Assembly (NCBI GenBank): GCA_919902045.1
Contig: CAKKSP010000041.1
Coordinates: forward strand, 1 to 60,740
Direction of reading: 5' to 3'
DNA length: 60,740 bases
From: Omnitrophica bacterium GWA2_41_15
GTDB lineage: Bacteria > Omnitrophota > Gorgyraeia > Gygaellales > Profunditerraquicolaceae
Below are positions 10,883 to 20,452 of the stretch, one piece after another. The notes under the pieces are model-generated. The model was not told the origin of the DNA and searched no databases. It saw only the letters and a list, made by a program, of their open reading frames with translations. The position numbers and the translations under genes are program-made. How positions within the stretch are numbered: position 1 is the stretch's first letter; the number at the start of each line of letters is the position of its first letter.

Positions 10883-12193
10883 ATGAAATTTACTTTACAA
10901 GAATTTGAGAAAAAAATTAGAAATAAGGAGATTACGATTGCAGTTGTAGGTTTAGGCTATGTCGGCCTCCCGCTTGCGGTCGAGTTTGCCCGTAAAGGTA
11001 TTGATGTTTTAGGTATTGAAATAGATAAGGGCCGTATTGAAAAAATAAAGAAAGAAGAATCTTATATTACAGATATCAGCACTCAGGAGTTAAAAGAAGT
11101 AATCCGCAGTGGAAAATTTCATGCTGAATCCGATTTTATCGCGTTAAAAAAGGCTCAAGTTATAATCATCTGCGTGCCTACCCCGTTAAAGAAAAAATAT
11201 ACCCCGGATATTTCATTTATTAAAAGCGCTGTAAAAGAGATTTCAAAGCATATGGCTAAGGGGGCTCTTGTAATCTTAGAAAGTACCACTTTTCCGGGCA
11301 CGACCAATGAAGTTATCCTGCCGCTTTTAGAAACTAAAGGTAGAATTCACGGAGAGGATTTTTATTTAAGTTTTTCACCTGAACGTATTGATCCAGGTAA
11401 TGCAGCGTTTCCGGTAAATAAAATTCCTAAAGTTGTCGGCGGGATAAACGCAGATGCAACAGAGCGCTCGCGGTTAGTTTATAGTATAATTATTGATAAA
11501 GTAATTCCTGTTTCTTCTTCAAGAGTAGCTGAAACCGTCAAGCTTCTTGAGAATACCTTTCGCATCGTAAATATCGGCCTGATCGATGAGATTGCGATGA
11601 TGGCGCATAAGATGAAAGTGGATATCTGGGAGATTGTGGAAGCTGCTAAAACTAAACCTTTTGGTTTTATGCCATTTTACCCGGGGCCTGGAGTAGGCGG
11701 GCATTGTATACCTAAAGATCCGTTATATTTATTTTGGAAAGCCAAGAAATTCGGTTTTCATTCCCGCTTTATTAAGTTAGCCTCTGATATCATTACGCAT
11801 ATGCCAGGATATGTGGTAGATCGCGTCAAAGAGCTTTTAGCCGAAAGAAAAACTGATCTGGTAAAATCTAGAGTTCTTGTAATGGGGGTAACTTATAAAA
11901 AAGATATTATGGATTTGCGCCAATCTCCACCGTTAGATATAATAAAAATATTACAGGATAAAAAAGTCAACGTTTCCTATTATGACCCGATTATACCGTA
12001 TTTAAAATTTAGCGGTATAAATTTAAAATCTGTTTCTTTGAACGCGGAAACTTTAAAAAAATTTGATTGTGTAGTTATTGCCACGGATCATAGTTCGGTT
12101 GATTATGAGCTTTTACGCAAACATTCTAAGCTTATTTTTGATACGCGTAATGTGTATAAGAATGTTAAGGATTCTAAAGTAACCAAGTTATAA
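10883..12193 (+). CDS. UDP-N-acetylhexosamine dehydrogenase (WbpA/WecC family)
   Basis: GLGYVGLPLA, SPERIDPGN, GVGGHCIP. Confidence 0.9.
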   Translation: MKFTLQEFEKKIRNKEITIAVVGLGYVGLPLAVEFARKGIDVLGIEIDKGRIEKIKKEESYITDISTQELKEVIRSGKFHAESDFIALKKAQVIIICVPTPLKKKYTPDISFIKSAVKEISKHMAKGALVILESTTFPGTTNEVILPLLETKGRIHGEDFYLSFSPERIDPGNAAFPVNKIPKVVGGINADATERSRLVYSIIIDKVIPVSSSRVAETVKLLENTFRIVNIGLIDEIAMMAHKMKVDIWEIVEAAKTKPFGFMPFYPGPGVGGHCIPKDPLYLFWKAKKFGFHSRFIKLASDIITHMPGYVVDRVKELLAERKTDLVKSRVLVMGVTYKKDIMDLRQSPPLDIIKILQDKKVNVSYYDPIIPYLKFSGINLKSVSLNAETLKKFDCVVIATDHSSVDYELLRKHSKLIFDTRNVYKNVKDSKVTKL

Positions 12194-12279
12194 ATTAGTG
12201 ACATTTTTTAACGTTAGGGACATCTCTTAACAAGTAATTTGCCTGTCAAGAGATGTCCCTAAAGTAAAAGTGTCCCTAA
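12191..12279. repeat. Nested inverted repeats with TAGGGACA core
   Basis: Inner perfect TTAGGGACATCTCTT (12214-12228) / AAGAGATGTCCCTAA (12248-12262); outer imperfect TAAATTAGTGACATTTTT / AAAAGTGTCCCTAA. Confidence 0.8.
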
Positions 12280-12294
12280 AAAGAGAGGGAAAAT

Positions 12295-12450
12295 ATGATC
12301 GACAAAGAATTGCTTGAAATTTTGGCCTGTCCTGCCTGTAAAGGCGATGTTGAGCTTAAAAATGATTTAATAGCCTGCAAAAAATGCGGGAAGAAATACC
12401 CTGTTCGTGATGGAATCCCGGTAATGCTAATTGATGAAGCAAAGGATTAG
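12295..12450 (+). CDS. Trm112/YcaR family zinc-ribbon protein, 51 aa (not in the ORF track)
   Basis: MIDKELLEILACPACKGDVELKNDLIACKKCGKKYPVRDGIPVMLIDEAKD; GAGGGA upstream. Confidence 0.93.
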   Translation: MIDKELLEILACPACKGDVELKNDLIACKKCGKKYPVRDGIPVMLIDEAKD

Positions 12451-12454
12451 AAGC

Positions 12455-12895
12455 GTGAGCACAAGAATTTTAGTTATTCATGGCCCAAATCTGAATTTGT
12501 TAGGTACGAGAGAGCCGGGTATTTATGGGAAAACCACTCTTAAGCAGATAAATTTGGAATTAAAAAAAATCGCCAAAAATCGCAAGGTGATTTTGGTTAT
12601 AAAGCAATCAAACCATGAAGGAGAGATTGTTGATTTTATCACTAAAACAAAGCTAAAATATCAAGGTTTACTGATTAATCCTGCTGCCTATACCCATACA
12701 AGTGTAGCTATACGGGATGCTATTTCTGCTAGTAATATTCCTGCAGTGGAAGTACACCTTTCAAACATCTATAGCCGTGAAGATTTCCGGCATACTTCTC
12801 TAATAAGCCCGGTAGCAAAAGGAACAGTCCTTGGCTTTGGAGTAAAAAGTTATTTTTTAGGCCTTGAAGCGCTTATAGATCTAATTTCTAAATGA
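12455..12895 (+). CDS. aroQ: Type II 3-dehydroquinate dehydratase
   Basis: HGPNLNLLGTREPGIYG, QSNHEG, EVHLSN; start placed at GTG 12455 after the Trm112 gene. Confidence 0.96.
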   Translation: MSTRILVIHGPNLNLLGTREPGIYGKTTLKQINLELKKIAKNRKVILVIKQSNHEGEIVDFITKTKLKYQGLLINPAAYTHTSVAIRDAISASNIPAVEVHLSNIYSREDFRHTSLISPVAKGTVLGFGVKSYFLGLEALIDLISK

Positions 12896-13950
12896 ACCGG
12901 TTATCCGGGCTTTATAAATTACTTGATAACTCCTGCCTTGACGGACTGCTTTTAAGTAATCCTGCCAATATCAGCTATCTTTGTTGTTTTAGAAGCCGTG
13001 ATGCGTATTTATTGGTTTCAAGAAAAGGTAATATTTATATCTCTGATTTTCGCTACCGACAGGAAGCCAAAGAATTTTTAGCCAAAGATTTTAGTTTTCG
13101 TGAAGTAAATGGCTCGGTATTTAAAATCATAGCTCAGGAAATATCCGCTTTGAAGTTAGACAAAGTTGGTTTTGAGGAGCGAAATTTGCCTTTTGCAGAA
13201 CATAAGAAAATCTGCGAGGATTTAGGCAGAAGTGCTGAGTTAATTCCAACGCATAACTTGGTAGAAAGCCTTAGGCAGATTAAAGATAAGGATGAGCTGG
13301 CTAAAATTCGTAAAGCAACGCAGATAGCTTCCGATACTTTGAGGTACCTGCCTAAAATACTTAAGCCAGGGATACGAGAGCTTGAGGTGGCTGCGGAAAT
13401 TGAGCGTTTTATTCGTTATAAAGGAGCGTATGCGGCATCTTTTGACACTATTGTTGCTTCTGGAGCGAATTCCGCATTTCCCCATTATTTAAGCGGTAAG
13501 CGTAAGCTGGTGGAGGATGAACCTGTTCTGATAGATATGGGAGTGGATTACCAGGGTTATAAATCCGACTTGACAAGGGTATTCTTTTTAGGTAAAATAC
13601 CGGTTCTTGCGCGTAAGATTTATAATATAGTCAAGCAGGCGCAGGAGATGGCGATAAAAATGATTAAGCCCGGAGTTGAGATTCGCCGGGTAGACGAAGC
13701 TAGCCGCCAATATATAAGTAAAAGAGGATTTGGCTCTTTTTTTGGCCATAGTCTTGGTCATGGTTTAGGCCTTGAGGTGCACGAAGGCCCTAGTGTTTCA
13801 GGTAATGTTAAGGAAAAGTTAAAATCAGGGATGGTTTTTACCATTGAACCGGCAATTTACATCCCCAATAAATTTGGGATTAGATTAGAGGATATGGTGT
13901 TAGTTACCCCTAAAGGAGCGGAGGTTTTAAGTGGCACTCTCAATAAATGA
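12892..13950 (+). CDS. Xaa-Pro aminopeptidase (M24B)
   Basis: IDMG..YxSDLTR, HSLGHGLGLEVHE, TIEPAIY, GIRLED. Confidence 0.93.
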   Translation: MNRLSGLYKLLDNSCLDGLLLSNPANISYLCCFRSRDAYLLVSRKGNIYISDFRYRQEAKEFLAKDFSFREVNGSVFKIIAQEISALKLDKVGFEERNLPFAEHKKICEDLGRSAELIPTHNLVESLRQIKDKDELAKIRKATQIASDTLRYLPKILKPGIRELEVAAEIERFIRYKGAYAASFDTIVASGANSAFPHYLSGKRKLVEDEPVLIDMGVDYQGYKSDLTRVFFLGKIPVLARKIYNIVKQAQEMAIKMIKPGVEIRRVDEASRQYISKRGFGSFFGHSLGHGLGLEVHEGPSVSGNVKEKLKSGMVFTIEPAIYIPNKFGIRLEDMVLVTPKGAEVLSGTLNK

Positions 13951-14497
13951 AATAAAAAACGGGGTTACGATCTATGTTGAAGGTATAGTTTGGCAGTGTA
14001 CTGACGCCCAGCATGTCAAGCCCGGTAAGGGAGCGGCATTTGTCAGGGCAAAATTACGCAACATGAAGACTAATAATATTCAGGAAATGACCTTTCGCGG
14101 TGAAGAAAAGATAGAAGAAGCTTATGTCGAAGAAAAAAAGATGCAATATCAGTATAATTCCGGAAATATGTATCATTTTATGGATCAGGAAAATTACGAT
14201 GAGGTAGCTATTCCGGAAGAAGTTCTTTCGGACAAGAAAAAATTTCTTAAGGATAATGCTGAGGTAGCTGCTTATTTTTATAAAGAAGATGTATTGAGCG
14301 TTAGTTTACCTAATTTTATTGAATTTGAAATTACGCATACCGAGCCGGGGATTAAGGGAGATACCGCTAAAAGCGGCACAAAACCAGCGGAGATAGAAAC
14401 CGGAGCATCAATACAAGTCCCGTTATTCATCAATGTGGGGGACAGGATTAAAATAGATACTCGTAGCGGTACTTATGTGGAGAGAGTGGCGAAGTAA
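13931..14497 (+). CDS. efp: Elongation factor P
   Basis: HVKPGKGAAFVR, PGIKGDT, VPLFI. Confidence 0.97.
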   Translation: MALSINEIKNGVTIYVEGIVWQCTDAQHVKPGKGAAFVRAKLRNMKTNNIQEMTFRGEEKIEEAYVEEKKMQYQYNSGNMYHFMDQENYDEVAIPEEVLSDKKKFLKDNAEVAAYFYKEDVLSVSLPNFIEFEITHTEPGIKGDTAKSGTKPAEIETGASIQVPLFINVGDRIKIDTRSGTYVERVAK

Positions 14498-14566
14498 AGT
14501 TATCTATTTGAGCACCCGGCGCAAGCGGAATGTGCGCCGGTGTTGTCTAACTGACAAAGGAAAATT

Positions 14567-15022
14567 ATGAATCTTAAAGAAATCAAGGAAATGATCAATC
14601 TGATGAATGAGAATAGCCTTGTTGAGCTTGAGATTGAAAAAGATGGCAGTACCATCCGCTTGAAGAAGGCTAATTCTGAACAGGCAACTCCGATAATTTA
14701 TGAACACAAGCAGCAGGTAATGCCTAATTCACCTATGCCTCTGGATGCAGGGCAAACTTCGGCAGCTAAACCTATACCCAAAGGGATTGAAATTAAGGCG
14801 CCGATGGTTGGAACTTTTTATCGTGCTCCATCACCGGATTCTCCTCCGTATATAGATGTAGGCCAGATTGTTGAGCCCGGCCAGGTGATTTGTATTATTG
14901 AAGCAATGAAACTGATGAATGAAATAAAATCAGAGATAAAAGGTAAGGTACTTGAGGTGTTATCAGAAAACACCGAGCCTGTTGAATTTGGACAGTCGTT
15001 ATTTTTAATCGAACCGCTGTAA
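14567..15022 (+). CDS. accB: Acetyl-CoA carboxylase biotin carboxyl carrier protein
   Basis: APMVGTFYRAPSP, EAMKLMNE. Confidence 0.97.
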   Translation: MNLKEIKEMINLMNENSLVELEIEKDGSTIRLKKANSEQATPIIYEHKQQVMPNSPMPLDAGQTSAAKPIPKGIEIKAPMVGTFYRAPSPDSPPYIDVGQIVEPGQVICIIEAMKLMNEIKSEIKGKVLEVLSENTEPVEFGQSLFLIEPL

Positions 15023-15040
15023 ATTATAAATTATCCGCAC

Positions 15041-16396
15041 ATGTTCTCGAAGATCCTGATCGCTAACCGCGGGGAAATAGCCCTGCGAATAATTCGTGCC
15101 TGCAAAGATATGAATATTCGCACAGTTGCGGTATATTCAGAGGCTGATCGAAATAGCCTGCATGTGCGTTTTGCCGATGAAGCGGTTTGTATTGGCCAGG
15201 CAAAAAGTAGCTTAAGTTATTTAAATATTCCTGCCATTATCAGCGCAGCAGAAATTACCGATGTAGAAGCGATCCATCCCGGATATGGCTTTTTAGCAGA
15301 AAATCCTCATTTTGCCGAAATTTGTGAATCCTGTCATATTACTTTTATTGGGCCTACTGCAGATAATATGCGAATGATGGGCGATAAAATGGCTGCCCGC
15401 GCCAGTATGTTAAAGGCAGGCCTACCTATAGTTTCCGGAAGCACCGGTGCTATTAAAACCAAAGAAGAAGCAATTAAGATTGCCAAAAAGATCGGTTATC
15501 CTGTGATTATTAAAGCTGCAGCAGGTGGCGGCGGAAAAGGGATGCGTATCTCACATAATGATATAAGCCTGGCAAGTAATCTTATAGTAGCACAGCAGGA
15601 AGCAGAAGCTAATTTTGGTAATCCTGAAGTATATATTGAAAAATATATCGAGAAACCCCGCCATATTGAGATTCAGCTTCTTGGAGATAAATATGGGCAT
15701 ATTGTTTATCTTGGCGAGCGTGATTGTAGTATTCAGCGCCGCCATCAAAAATTACTTGAAGAATCTCCTTCTCCTGCCTTGGATGTAAAACTACGTAAAA
15801 AAATCGGTGAGCTTGCGGCAAAAGGGGCAAAATCAGTTAACTATGTTAATGCCGGAACAATGGAATTCCTCCTTGATTCAAAAAATAATTTTTACTTTAT
15901 GGAGATGAATACCCGCATTCAGGTAGAGCATCCGGTTACAGAGATGGTAACAGGTATTGACCTGATTAAAGAGCAGATCCGTATCGCAAGCGGTGAAAAA
16001 ATTAAATTTCAACAAGATCAAATTCAGGTTCGCGGAGCAGCTATTGAATGCCGGATCAATGCCGAAGATCCTGATAATAACTTTATGCCTTCACCCGGTA
16101 AAATTGAATCTTTGGCTCTTCCGGGCGGGCCTGGCGTGCGCCTTGATACGCATATTTATCAGGGGTATGAAATTCCTCCTTTTTATGATTCACTGATAGC
16201 TAAAGTCATTACTTTTGGCAAAACCCGCGAAGAGGCAATAAAAATTATGCGCAGGGCGCTAAGCGAGTTCTATATTTTCCCAATTAAGACTACGATACCA
16301 TTTCATCTGGCCTTGCTTGAGAATCCGTTATTTTTGAAAGGCGATATCTCTACGCACTTTGCAGAAGATATGCTTAAGAAACAAAAGGTAGAATGA
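15041..16396 (+). CDS. accC: Biotin carboxylase
   Basis: [36 protein letters not shown]. Confidence 0.98.
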   Translation: MFSKILIANRGEIALRIIRACKDMNIRTVAVYSEADRNSLHVRFADEAVCIGQAKSSLSYLNIPAIISAAEITDVEAIHPGYGFLAENPHFAEICESCHITFIGPTADNMRMMGDKMAARASMLKAGLPIVSGSTGAIKTKEEAIKIAKKIGYPVIIKAAAGGGGKGMRISHNDISLASNLIVAQQEAEANFGNPEVYIEKYIEKPRHIEIQLLGDKYGHIVYLGERDCSIQRRHQKLLEESPSPALDVKLRKKIGELAAKGAKSVNYVNAGTMEFLLDSKNNFYFMEMNTRIQVEHPVTEMVTGIDLIKEQIRIASGEKIKFQQDQIQVRGAAIECRINAEDPDNNFMPSPGKIESLALPGGPGVRLDTHIYQGYEIPPFYDSLIAKVITFGKTREEAIKIMRRALSEFYIFPIKTTIPFHLALLENPLFLKGDISTHFAEDMLKKQKVE

Positions 16397-16713
16397 TAAA
16401 GATACATAATAATGTTATTTCTTCGATTGCTTCCATAGCTGCGCAGGAAATTGAAGGCGTGCACAAAGTAGGAAGTAATTGTAAAGGAGATTATTTAGGC
16501 AGGATTATCGGCAGGACTTTCCCCTGTATCAAGGTGGAGATTGATAAAAACGAAGAAGTATTTGTCGAGATACCTTTAGTAATCAAATATGGATTTAATA
16601 TACCGGAAATTGCTGCTAAGGTTCAGGAAAATGTGCGCCAGGCGCTTGAGAAGATGACAAATTTAAACATAAAAGATATCAGCATAAACGTGCAGGGGAT
16701 AGAGAGGGGGTAG
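16393..16713 (+). CDS. Asp23/Gls24 family protein (YqhY-like)
   Basis: [25 protein letters not shown]...MT.L...INV. Confidence 0.88.
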   Translation: MIKIHNNVISSIASIAAQEIEGVHKVGSNCKGDYLGRIIGRTFPCIKVEIDKNEEVFVEIPLVIKYGFNIPEIAAKVQENVRQALEKMTNLNIKDISINVQGIERG

Positions 16714-16715
16714 AA

Positions 16716-17339
16716 ATGCGTATTTTTACTGTCTTAGGGATTGTTTTTTACGCAACAGTTTTGATACTTATTGGTATCGGCCTGATCACCCTTGCGATTA
16801 TTTTTTCTTTTGATACTACGGTTATTCAACCTGCGGATCTGGCAAACTCTCTTAATTATTTTCATACGAGTTTAAGCAGCCGTTTGATTTTAGGGCTTTC
16901 CGGGCTTCTCTTGATTTTAATTAGTTTTTCTTTTGCTCAATTGATCCTCGGCCGTTTTCAGAGAGAGAAAACTATTGCATTTAATACCCCGTCAGGGCCG
17001 GTTATGGTTGCTTTGACCGCTGTAGAAGATCTTATCCGGCGTTTAACCAACCTTCTTCCTGAAATAAAAGAACTGCGGCCGGATGTAAGGGCAACTAAGA
17101 AGGGAATTGAAGTAGATTTGCGTGTAGTTTTACGTTCCGAAGCTAATATCCCGGAGATCACTAGTAGATTACAGGAAATAACTAAATCTAAAATCCAGGA
17201 TGTTTTGGGTGTTGAGGGAGAAGTTTTAATTAATATCCATATCGTAAAGATCGTTACTACTGAAGAAAAGGATAAAAATAAGAAAACGCCGGATAAAGAA
17301 GAAACGGTTTTGCCGTTCGGCGGGTATACGAGAGTTTAA
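16716..17339 (+). CDS. Alkaline-shock membrane anchor AmaP-like protein
   Basis: Two TM helices then an Asp23-like domain (IPEITSRLQE); adjacent to the Asp23 gene. Confidence 0.75.
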   Translation: MRIFTVLGIVFYATVLILIGIGLITLAIIFSFDTTVIQPADLANSLNYFHTSLSSRLILGLSGLLLILISFSFAQLILGRFQREKTIAFNTPSGPVMVALTAVEDLIRRLTNLLPEIKELRPDVRATKKGIEVDLRVVLRSEANIPEITSRLQEITKSKIQDVLGVEGEVLINIHIVKIVTTEEKDKNKKTPDKEETVLPFGGYTRV

Positions 17340-17359
17340 ATTAAAAGGGAGAATAAAAA

Positions 17360-18400
17360 ATGTCAGAAGCAAAAAAAATTGGATTATTAACTGGTGGAGG
17401 GGATTGTCCGGGTTTAAATCCGGTAATTCGCGCGGTAGTACGTAAAGGTATAAATTCCGGATTTGAAATTATCGGTTTTAAAAATGGCTGGAAAGGCCTG
17501 ATTGAGGGGAATGCCTCAGCTTTAAATTTTGAAAGTATCGCCGGAATACTCCCTAAGGGAGGAACGATTCTAGGTACAAGCCGCACCAATCCTTACAAGA
17601 AAGAAGGCGGATTAGAAAGCGTAAAGGCAAATTTTAAAAAATTTGATTTGCATGCCCTTATTGCCGTTGGTGGTGAAGATACATTAGGGGTAGCTTCAAA
17701 GCTGATAAAAGACGGGATTACTAATGTTGTTGGTGTGCCTAAAACTATTGATAATGATCTTTCTTGCACTGATTATACTTTTGGCTTTGATACTACGATT
17801 AATATTGCTATGGAATGTATTGATCGTTTGCATACCACAGCCGAGAGCCATAATCGTATAATGGTAGTTGAAGTTATGGGCCGTCATGCCGGATGGATCG
17901 CGGTTGAGGCAGGTTTAGCTGGCGGAGCGGATGTGATCCTTATTCCGGAAGTTCCCATTGATATAGACGAAGTATGTGCTTTAATAAATCGCCGTCATAG
18001 TAGAGGTAAGACTTTTAGTATCGTAGTAGTTGCCGAAGGAGCTGAATTTAAAAAAGGAATGATGGTTACTCGGGAAGAAAAGCTTGATGAATTCGGGCAT
18101 GTGCGTTTAGGCGGAATCGGCGAAATCTTAGGTAAAGAAATTGAAAAGAGAACCGGGTATGAAACGCGGGTGAGTGTTTTGGGCCATATTCAGCGTGGAG
18201 GATCTCCTTCGGCATTTGACCGGGTGTTAGGGATTCGTTTCGGAGTAAAAGCAGTAGAATTAGTTATAGCTAAAAAGTTCGGGCGCATGGTTGCGCTTGC
18301 CGGAAATAAAATCGTAGACGTGTCTTTGGAAGATGCCGTTAAAGCTTTAAAAACTGTAGATATGGAACTTTATGGTATTGCCAAAGAATTCTTCGGGTAA
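17360..18400 (+). CDS. pfkA: 6-phosphofructokinase, probably PPi-dependent or mixed-substrate group III
   Basis: TGGGDCPGLN, GGEDT, PKTIDND, EVMGR, LGHIQRGG. Confidence 0.93.
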   Translation: MSEAKKIGLLTGGGDCPGLNPVIRAVVRKGINSGFEIIGFKNGWKGLIEGNASALNFESIAGILPKGGTILGTSRTNPYKKEGGLESVKANFKKFDLHALIAVGGEDTLGVASKLIKDGITNVVGVPKTIDNDLSCTDYTFGFDTTINIAMECIDRLHTTAESHNRIMVVEVMGRHAGWIAVEAGLAGGADVILIPEVPIDIDEVCALINRRHSRGKTFSIVVVAEGAEFKKGMMVTREEKLDEFGHVRLGGIGEILGKEIEKRTGYETRVSVLGHIQRGGSPSAFDRVLGIRFGVKAVELVIAKKFGRMVALAGNKIVDVSLEDAVKALKTVDMELYGIAKEFFG

Positions 18401-18405
18401 ATCAT

Positions 18406-18975
18406 ATGCGTGAACGAGTAAAAGAAATAATTCTTGAGAGCATTCAGGTAAAAGAAGAGCTTCTGCGCAATAAAGGTGTGGATGTAATATTAGATATTAC
18501 CAATATGGCTATAGACTGCCTTAAAAAAGGCGGCAAGTTAATTGTTTTTGGTAATGGAGGGTCTGCAAGTGATAGCCAGCATATTGTGGCTGAACTTGTC
18601 GGCCGTTTTAAAAAAGAGCGCCCGGCATTACCTGCGATTGCGCTTACTACCAACAGTTCAATAATTACAGCGCTTGCAAACGATTATTCATATGAGATTG
18701 TTTTTTCCCGTCAGGTTGAAGCTTTAGGGCAGAAAAATGATCTAGTTTTAGGTATTTCAACCAGCGGAAAAGCAAAAAATGTGGTTAGTGCTTTTAAGCA
18801 GGCAAAAAAAATGGGGATTAAAACCGTGCTTTTTACCGGCGGTGACGGTGGCGAGGCTGCTAAAACCGCTGACCTGGTGTTTACTGCTCCGTCAACTATT
18901 ACAGCGCGTATCCAGGAAACACATATTACAGTCGCACATATTATATGCGAGCTCATCGAAGAAGCCTTTGTTTAG
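18406..18975 (+). CDS. gmhA: Phosphoheptose isomerase
   Basis: GNGGSASDSQH, ANDY, STSG, IQETH. Confidence 0.95.
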   Translation: MRERVKEIILESIQVKEELLRNKGVDVILDITNMAIDCLKKGGKLIVFGNGGSASDSQHIVAELVGRFKKERPALPAIALTTNSSIITALANDYSYEIVFSRQVEALGQKNDLVLGISTSGKAKNVVSAFKQAKKMGIKTVLFTGGDGGEAAKTADLVFTAPSTITARIQETHITVAHIICELIEEAFV

Positions 18976-19454
18976 ATAAAAAGATAAAAACGTCTGTTGT
19001 TTTACTTTCTATTTTAAGAAAATTGCGCGTAGAAGGTAAAAAGATAGTTTTTACTAACGGATGTTTTGATATCCTGCATTACGGCCATGTAAAATATCTT
19101 CAGGATGCCCGTAATAAAGGAGACATTTTGATTGTGGGCTTAAATCGCGATATATCAGTACGCCGGATTAAAGGTAAAGATAGGCCGATTAATAATGAAT
19201 TAGACCGGGCAGGAGTGTTAGCGGGGCTTGAAAGCGTAGATTTTATAGTTTTTTTCTCAGAAGATAATCCCCTCAAGCTTATCCGTTTGCTTAAGCCCGA
19301 CTTGTTAATAAAAGGCGCTGATTGGAAAGATAAAGAAATTATCGGCGCAAATGAAGTTTATGGATACGGAGGAAAAGTAGAAACTATTCCTCTTGCTTAC
19401 GGCCGATCTACCTCAAACCTGATTAAAAAAATTGTCCGCTTATACAAAAGATAA
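18945..19454 (+). CDS. rfaE2: D-glycero-beta-D-manno-heptose 1-phosphate adenylyltransferase (RfaE domain II)
   Basis: VFTNGCFDILHYGH, KGKDRP, KGADW, STS. Confidence 0.93.
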   Translation: MRAHRRSLCLDKKIKTSVVLLSILRKLRVEGKKIVFTNGCFDILHYGHVKYLQDARNKGDILIVGLNRDISVRRIKGKDRPINNELDRAGVLAGLESVDFIVFFSEDNPLKLIRLLKPDLLIKGADWKDKEIIGANEVYGYGGKVETIPLAYGRSTSNLIKKIVRLYKR

Positions 19455-19875
19455 GGCTATTTTGCGCATTATTGATGCAAATGCCAACCGCTTAAAAGAA
19501 GGTTTGCGCGTTTGCGAAGAAGTAATGCGTTTTTTTCTTGGTAACCAAAAGCTTACAGGCCAGCTAAAACGCATGCGTCATGAGGTAGATAGCACGGTTA
19601 TTTTATTAGCTAATGAAAATTTACGTTTAAAAGCAAGAGATAGCGTAAAAGATTTGGGCCGCAGTCAAGCTGAAACGGAATTTTTACGCAAGGATATCAA
19701 TGATATTTTTTTTGCTAATTTAAGCCGCGCCAAGGAGTCTCTTAGGGTTCTTGAAGAATTTAGTAAGTTGGATAAATCCAGCGCTTCTATAAAATTCAAA
19801 CAATTACGTTATACTGCTTATGAGATTGAAAAACAGGCAACTATTCTACTCAGGCCTTTACGTCATTCTAGATAA
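19432..19875 (+). CDS. ThiD2-like helical domain (stand-alone N-terminal part of extended ThiE)
   Basis: RIIDANANRLKEGLRVCEE and ANLSRAKESLRVLEEFSK repeats; directly upstream of thiE. Confidence 0.8.
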   Translation: MSAYTKDKAILRIIDANANRLKEGLRVCEEVMRFFLGNQKLTGQLKRMRHEVDSTVILLANENLRLKARDSVKDLGRSQAETEFLRKDINDIFFANLSRAKESLRVLEEFSKLDKSSASIKFKQLRYTAYEIEKQATILLRPLRHSR

Positions 19876-20452
19876 GGGCATACTCGGGACTTTTGAAAAT
19901 ATCATCAGGGTTTTAAGGCTTATTAAGAAAGTAAAACCCGGGATTATCCAATACCGCAACAAAGACGGCTTGCCTTATGATATGTTAAAAGATTGCCTTT
20001 TAATAAAACGCCTTGCCCATGCACAAAAAGCGTTTTTTATCGTGAATGATTATCCTGAAATTGCCGTAATAACCGATGCTGATGGTCTGCATCTTGGACA
20101 AGATGATATTTCGATTAGTGTTGCGCGAAAGATTCTTTCTCCGGATAAGCTGATCGGTAAATCTTGCCATAGCTTAAAGCAAGCGCTATCTGCGCAAAAA
20201 GAAGGCGCAGATTATCTTGGTATAGGCCCTATTTTTTCTACTCCTACTAAGCCTGAATATCAACCGGTCGGTTTAGGTTTAATTAATAAAGTTAAAGAAA
20301 AAATTAACCTACCTATTTTTGCAATCGGGGGAATTAATGCGGATAATGTAAAATTAGTTATGGATGCCGGCGCGACAGGCGTGGCAGTATGCCGGGCTTC
20401 CTATCAAAATACAACTTTAAAAAAACTCAGCCAGGTTTTAGGGAAAGGATAA
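19820..20452 (+). CDS. thiE: Thiamine-phosphate synthase
   Basis: QYRNK, IVND, DGLHLGQDD, GPIFSTPTK, AIGGI. Confidence 0.94.
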   Translation: MRLKNRQLFYSGLYVILDKGILGTFENIIRVLRLIKKVKPGIIQYRNKDGLPYDMLKDCLLIKRLAHAQKAFFIVNDYPEIAVITDADGLHLGQDDISISVARKILSPDKLIGKSCHSLKQALSAQKEGADYLGIGPIFSTPTKPEYQPVGLGLINKVKEKINLPIFAIGGINADNVKLVMDAGATGVAVCRASYQNTTLKKLSQVLGKG

